In this document: piece by piece, positions 61,400 to 64,000 of the stretch | Layout: each line of letters starts with the position of its first letter | How positions within the stretch are numbered: position 1 is the first letter of the stretch | Origin: an uncultured Nitrospiraceae bacterium | GTDB taxonomy: Bacteria; Nitrospirota; Nitrospiria; Nitrospirales; Nitrospiraceae | DNA: 64,000 nt | Assembly (NCBI GenBank): GCA_963846575.1 | Contig: CAWJWJ010000002.1 | Coordinates: forward strand, 928,001-992,000 | Direction: 5' to 3' | Program-made: the position numbers and the translations under genes | Notes under the pieces: generated by a model | Databases searched by the model: none | The model's input: the letters and a program-made list of their open reading frames with translations, nothing else | Told to the model about the DNA's origin: nothing

Positions 61400-63316
61400 T
61401 TACCCTTGCGGGTGATTGGTTGGGCGGATGTATTGCGCTAATCGCCGATGGACGATTCCTTCATCCAGCGTGGGATAGTGGCCTTTCAGCGCTTGTCTGC
61501 CGGTCGTCGCGGTGAGGTGATCCCGGTGATGCCGGAGTTCGTCGAGCCGTTGTTCAACACGCTGTTTCGCAGATGTGCAGAATGCATCCGTCAGCTCCCA
61601 CACCGCCCTGCGCCCCTCAGTTCTTGTCTGTCGTTCGGCGTACAGAACAGCGGCGAGCATGGCGAGCAAATCTTCGCCCACCGATTCGATCCGGTTTTGC
61701 AGGCCTTGTTCATCTTGAAAGGACGTCTGAAATCGTACCATCGCATAAAACGTTTCTCGCGCCAGGCGCCGGCTGGCACGTTCCACATACCGTGCCAGCG
61801 GCCGCACCTGGAGGTGGGTGAATTCCGGGCGATCCGGCAAGGGCCGCTTGCGCCATTGCCGCAGGTACCAGGGAAGATAGAAACGCGCCAGTTTCAAGAC
61901 CTGCCGGCTTTGATCGAGAATCGAAAGCCCATCGGCATACAGGCCTTTGGCACGTTCCAGATGGTGGCTCAGCCCCTCACGCACCACGAACGGCCGTAAG
62001 ATGTCTGTTGCCCCCTCGCCGATTCGATACATCTCGGCATCCCGCACGAGTTGTTCGATGCCGAAGGCCGGTTCGCCGCGTGCGCTTTTGGATTCGGCCG
62101 TTTCGTACCCCATGCCTCCGAACAGAATCTGGGCATCTTTGAGAAATTGAATTGTCCGTTCGGAACAGAAGATCTTGGCGACGGCGGCTTCGATGCGAAT
62201 GTCCTGGTGATGGTGATCCGCCAGTCGCCAGATGAGGAGCGATAGCGCCTCCATCGCGAAGAGATGACCTGCCATGTGGCCGATCCGGATCTGTTGAGTC
62301 TGGCGTTCTGCGAGAGGCTTCTGAAAGGTGACCCTGGTATTCGCCCGGTCCAGGGTCGGTTGCCAGGCTTGTTTGGCCATCCCGAGGCAAATGGCCGGGA
62401 TGCTGATGCCCCGGCCCACGTTCAGGATCGTCAAGGCATACTTCAATCCCTTTCCAATGTCGCCGATGACATTTTCCACCGGCACTTGCACATTCGTGAG
62501 AATAATGTGGGCGTTTTCGATGCCACGACAACCTGCAAACTGGCAGCGTTGGCCGATCCGCACACCCGGTGCGGACATATCCAGAATGAAGGCCGAGTGG
62601 ACTCGATCGTCCGCCGGTTCCCCATTCCGGACCGCAATCCATATGACTGTGCCGTTGTGCGTGACCCGCCGCGCCGGAACCCGGGCGATGAGTGTGGCGT
62701 ATCGGGCGATCGGACCATTCGTGCACCACAGTTTTTCGCCGTTCACCAGAAAATGGCTGCCGGTCGAATCCAGGACCGCTTCGGTCCGAACGTTGGCCGC
62801 ATCCGAGCCGGTCATCGGTTCGGTGAGAGCGAACGCCGAGATGGCCTCTTTGGCGACGAGCGGAAGGTATTTCTTTTTTTGATCTTCGGTGCCGAACAGG
62901 AGGATCGGCATGCCGATGCCGATGGACTGCGGAACCGCCACGGTCAGCGCGAGGATGTTGCTCCAGCTCGCCATCATCGTCAGGACACGACCATAGTTCG
63001 TGTAGGAAAAGCCGAGGCCGCCGTACTCTTTCGGAATCTTCATCGCCAAGGCTCCGAGCGCGAACAGGCCGCGGATGACGCGTTCGGGAATGTGTGCCTC
63101 ACGTTCGATTTGCCCGGGGTCCACCTCGCGAATCAGGAAGGCCTCGACGCGTTTGCAGTAGGCGTCTCCGACGGCTTTCTCTTCCGGTGGTTCAGGAGGA
63201 GGGCACAGGAGAGTGAAGTCCGGCCGGCCGTCGTAGAGGCTTGCCATGAAACTGATCCCGGCAATGCGCTCCCGGGCTTCTTCGATCCGTTCGAATCCTT
63301 TGAAGAGGCTGCTCAT
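61400..63316 (-). CDS. Acyl-CoA dehydrogenase family protein
   Basis: AFALTEP..GSDA, NGEKLWCTNG, FGGMGY, RIGEGA. Confidence 0.93.
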   Translation of the reverse strand: MSSLFKGFERIEEARERIAGISFMASLYDGRPDFTLLCPPPEPPEEKAVGDAYCKRVEAFLIREVDPGQIEREAHIPERVIRGLFALGALAMKIPKEYGGLGFSYTNYGRVLTMMASWSNILALTVAVPQSIGIGMPILLFGTEDQKKKYLPLVAKEAISAFALTEPMTGSDAANVRTEAVLDSTGSHFLVNGEKLWCTNGPIARYATLIARVPARRVTHNGTVIWIAVRNGEPADDRVHSAFILDMSAPGVRIGQRCQFAGCRGIENAHIILTNVQVPVENVIGDIGKGLKYALTILNVGRGISIPAICLGMAKQAWQPTLDRANTRVTFQKPLAERQTQQIRIGHMAGHLFAMEALSLLIWRLADHHHQDIRIEAAVAKIFCSERTIQFLKDAQILFGGMGYETAESKSARGEPAFGIEQLVRDAEMYRIGEGATDILRPFVVREGLSHHLERAKGLYADGLSILDQSRQVLKLARFYLPWYLRQWRKRPLPDRPEFTHLQVRPLARYVERASRRLARETFYAMVRFQTSFQDEQGLQNRIESVGEDLLAMLAAVLYAERQTRTEGRRAVWELTDAFCTSAKQRVEQRLDELRHHRDHLTATTGRQALKGHYPTLDEGIVHRRLAQYIRPTNHPQG

Positions 63317-63336
63317 CTCCTGCCTCCTTCGAGTGA

Positions 63337-64000
63337 TCACCGGTGTTCCTTGAATTGCGTGTCACGATAGGCCATCAGCCTGCCCGCCAGTCGGGCCTTC
63401 AGTTCCAGCCGTTTCGGCTTGCCGGTGGAGGTGTAGGGTGCGTCAGTGCCCATCAACAGGACCTTCGGTTGTTTCGAAAACGGGAGGCGCTCTCGGCAAT
63501 AGGACAGGAGATCCGTTTCCCTCGGGGGCGAGACCGGATCTTTCGGGACGACATAGGCGGCGATTTCTTCACCGTAATACCGGTTCTCGAAGGGCAGGGC
63601 CATGGCGAATCGTACGGCGGGATGACTCTTCAACACGTCGTCGATCTCCAGGGGGGAAATATTGACCCCGCCGCGAATGATGAGTTCTTTGAGGCGTCCT
63701 GAAATGAAAAAGTATGGCCGTCCCTGATCGTCGGCTATATAAAATCCCTCATCCCCGGATCGGAACCATCCCCACTGAAAGGCCGCGTCGTTGGCATCGT
63801 CACGGTTGAAGTATCCGGCGCAGACCGTCCGGCCACGGATGCAGATCTCCCCCCGGCCGTACTCGGGCACCGGCCTGCCGTCCCCGTCGAGAATGGTCAT
63901 CACGTTGTGGCGCAACGCCACCCCGATCGAAGGGAAATCAAGCTCTGCCAGCCATCGACGATGTTGCGCGTGCGTCAGATCGTTGGGTAGGAAGCAGGAA
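63337..64000 (-). CDS. AMP-binding acyl-CoA ligase, C-terminal part
   Basis: GEICIRG, WFRSGD, GRLKELIIRGG, TSTGK; runs off the window end. Confidence 0.9.
   Translation of the reverse strand, partial: SCFLPNDLTHAQHRRWLAELDFPSIGVALRHNVMTILDGDGRPVPEYGRGEICIRGRTVCAGYFNRDDANDAAFQWGWFRSGDEGFYIADDQGRPYFFISGRLKELIIRGGVNISPLEIDDVLKSHPAVRFAMALPFENRYYGEEIAAYVVPKDPVSPPRETDLLSYCRERLPFSKQPKVLLMGTDAPYTSTGKPKRLELKARLAGRLMAYRDTQFKEHR

Noticed and set aside
1..64000. CRISPR array, cas genes, rRNA
   Set aside because: No regularly spaced repeats, cas motifs or rRNA-like sequence seen

Overview
GC-rich bacterial chromosome segment. The gene set suggests a Nitrospira-like chemolithoautotroph, but that is inference. 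Four zones. (1) 1-20.5 kb, intact core genes: porin plus molybdate uptake (modA, mop, modB, modC), two TraT-like lipoproteins, an intergenic block with DnaA-box-like and NrdR-box-like motifs, a split isocitrate dehydrogenase, and an inorganic-carbon-uptake locus (dabB, PII/SbtB-like, histidine kinase, sigma54 response regulator, cysD, dabA, folC) with two near-identical sigma54 -24/-12 motifs in front of dabB and dabA. (2) 20.9-30.8 kb, a variable zone: XRE-LexA repressor with a perfect 19-bp palindrome, a metallothionein-like mini-gene, small lipoproteins and several gene relics. (3) 30.8-59.5 kb, a ~28.7-kb integrative island lying between the two halves of a tRNA-Met(CAT) gene. The halves share only GACTCAT and no intact copy is present in the window. 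The island carries a frameshifted tyrosine integrase/Xis/RHH/AAA module, IS3 and IS5 elements, and cargo of secreted paralogous proteins, a TonB receptor and hydrolases preceded by four sigma54-type motifs. Many island genes are frameshifted, from either decay or unpolished long-read error. (4) 59.6-64 kb, core genes: mscS, acyl-CoA dehydrogenase, acyl-CoA ligase. No CRISPR array or rRNA seen. All calls are by eye; no searches were run.
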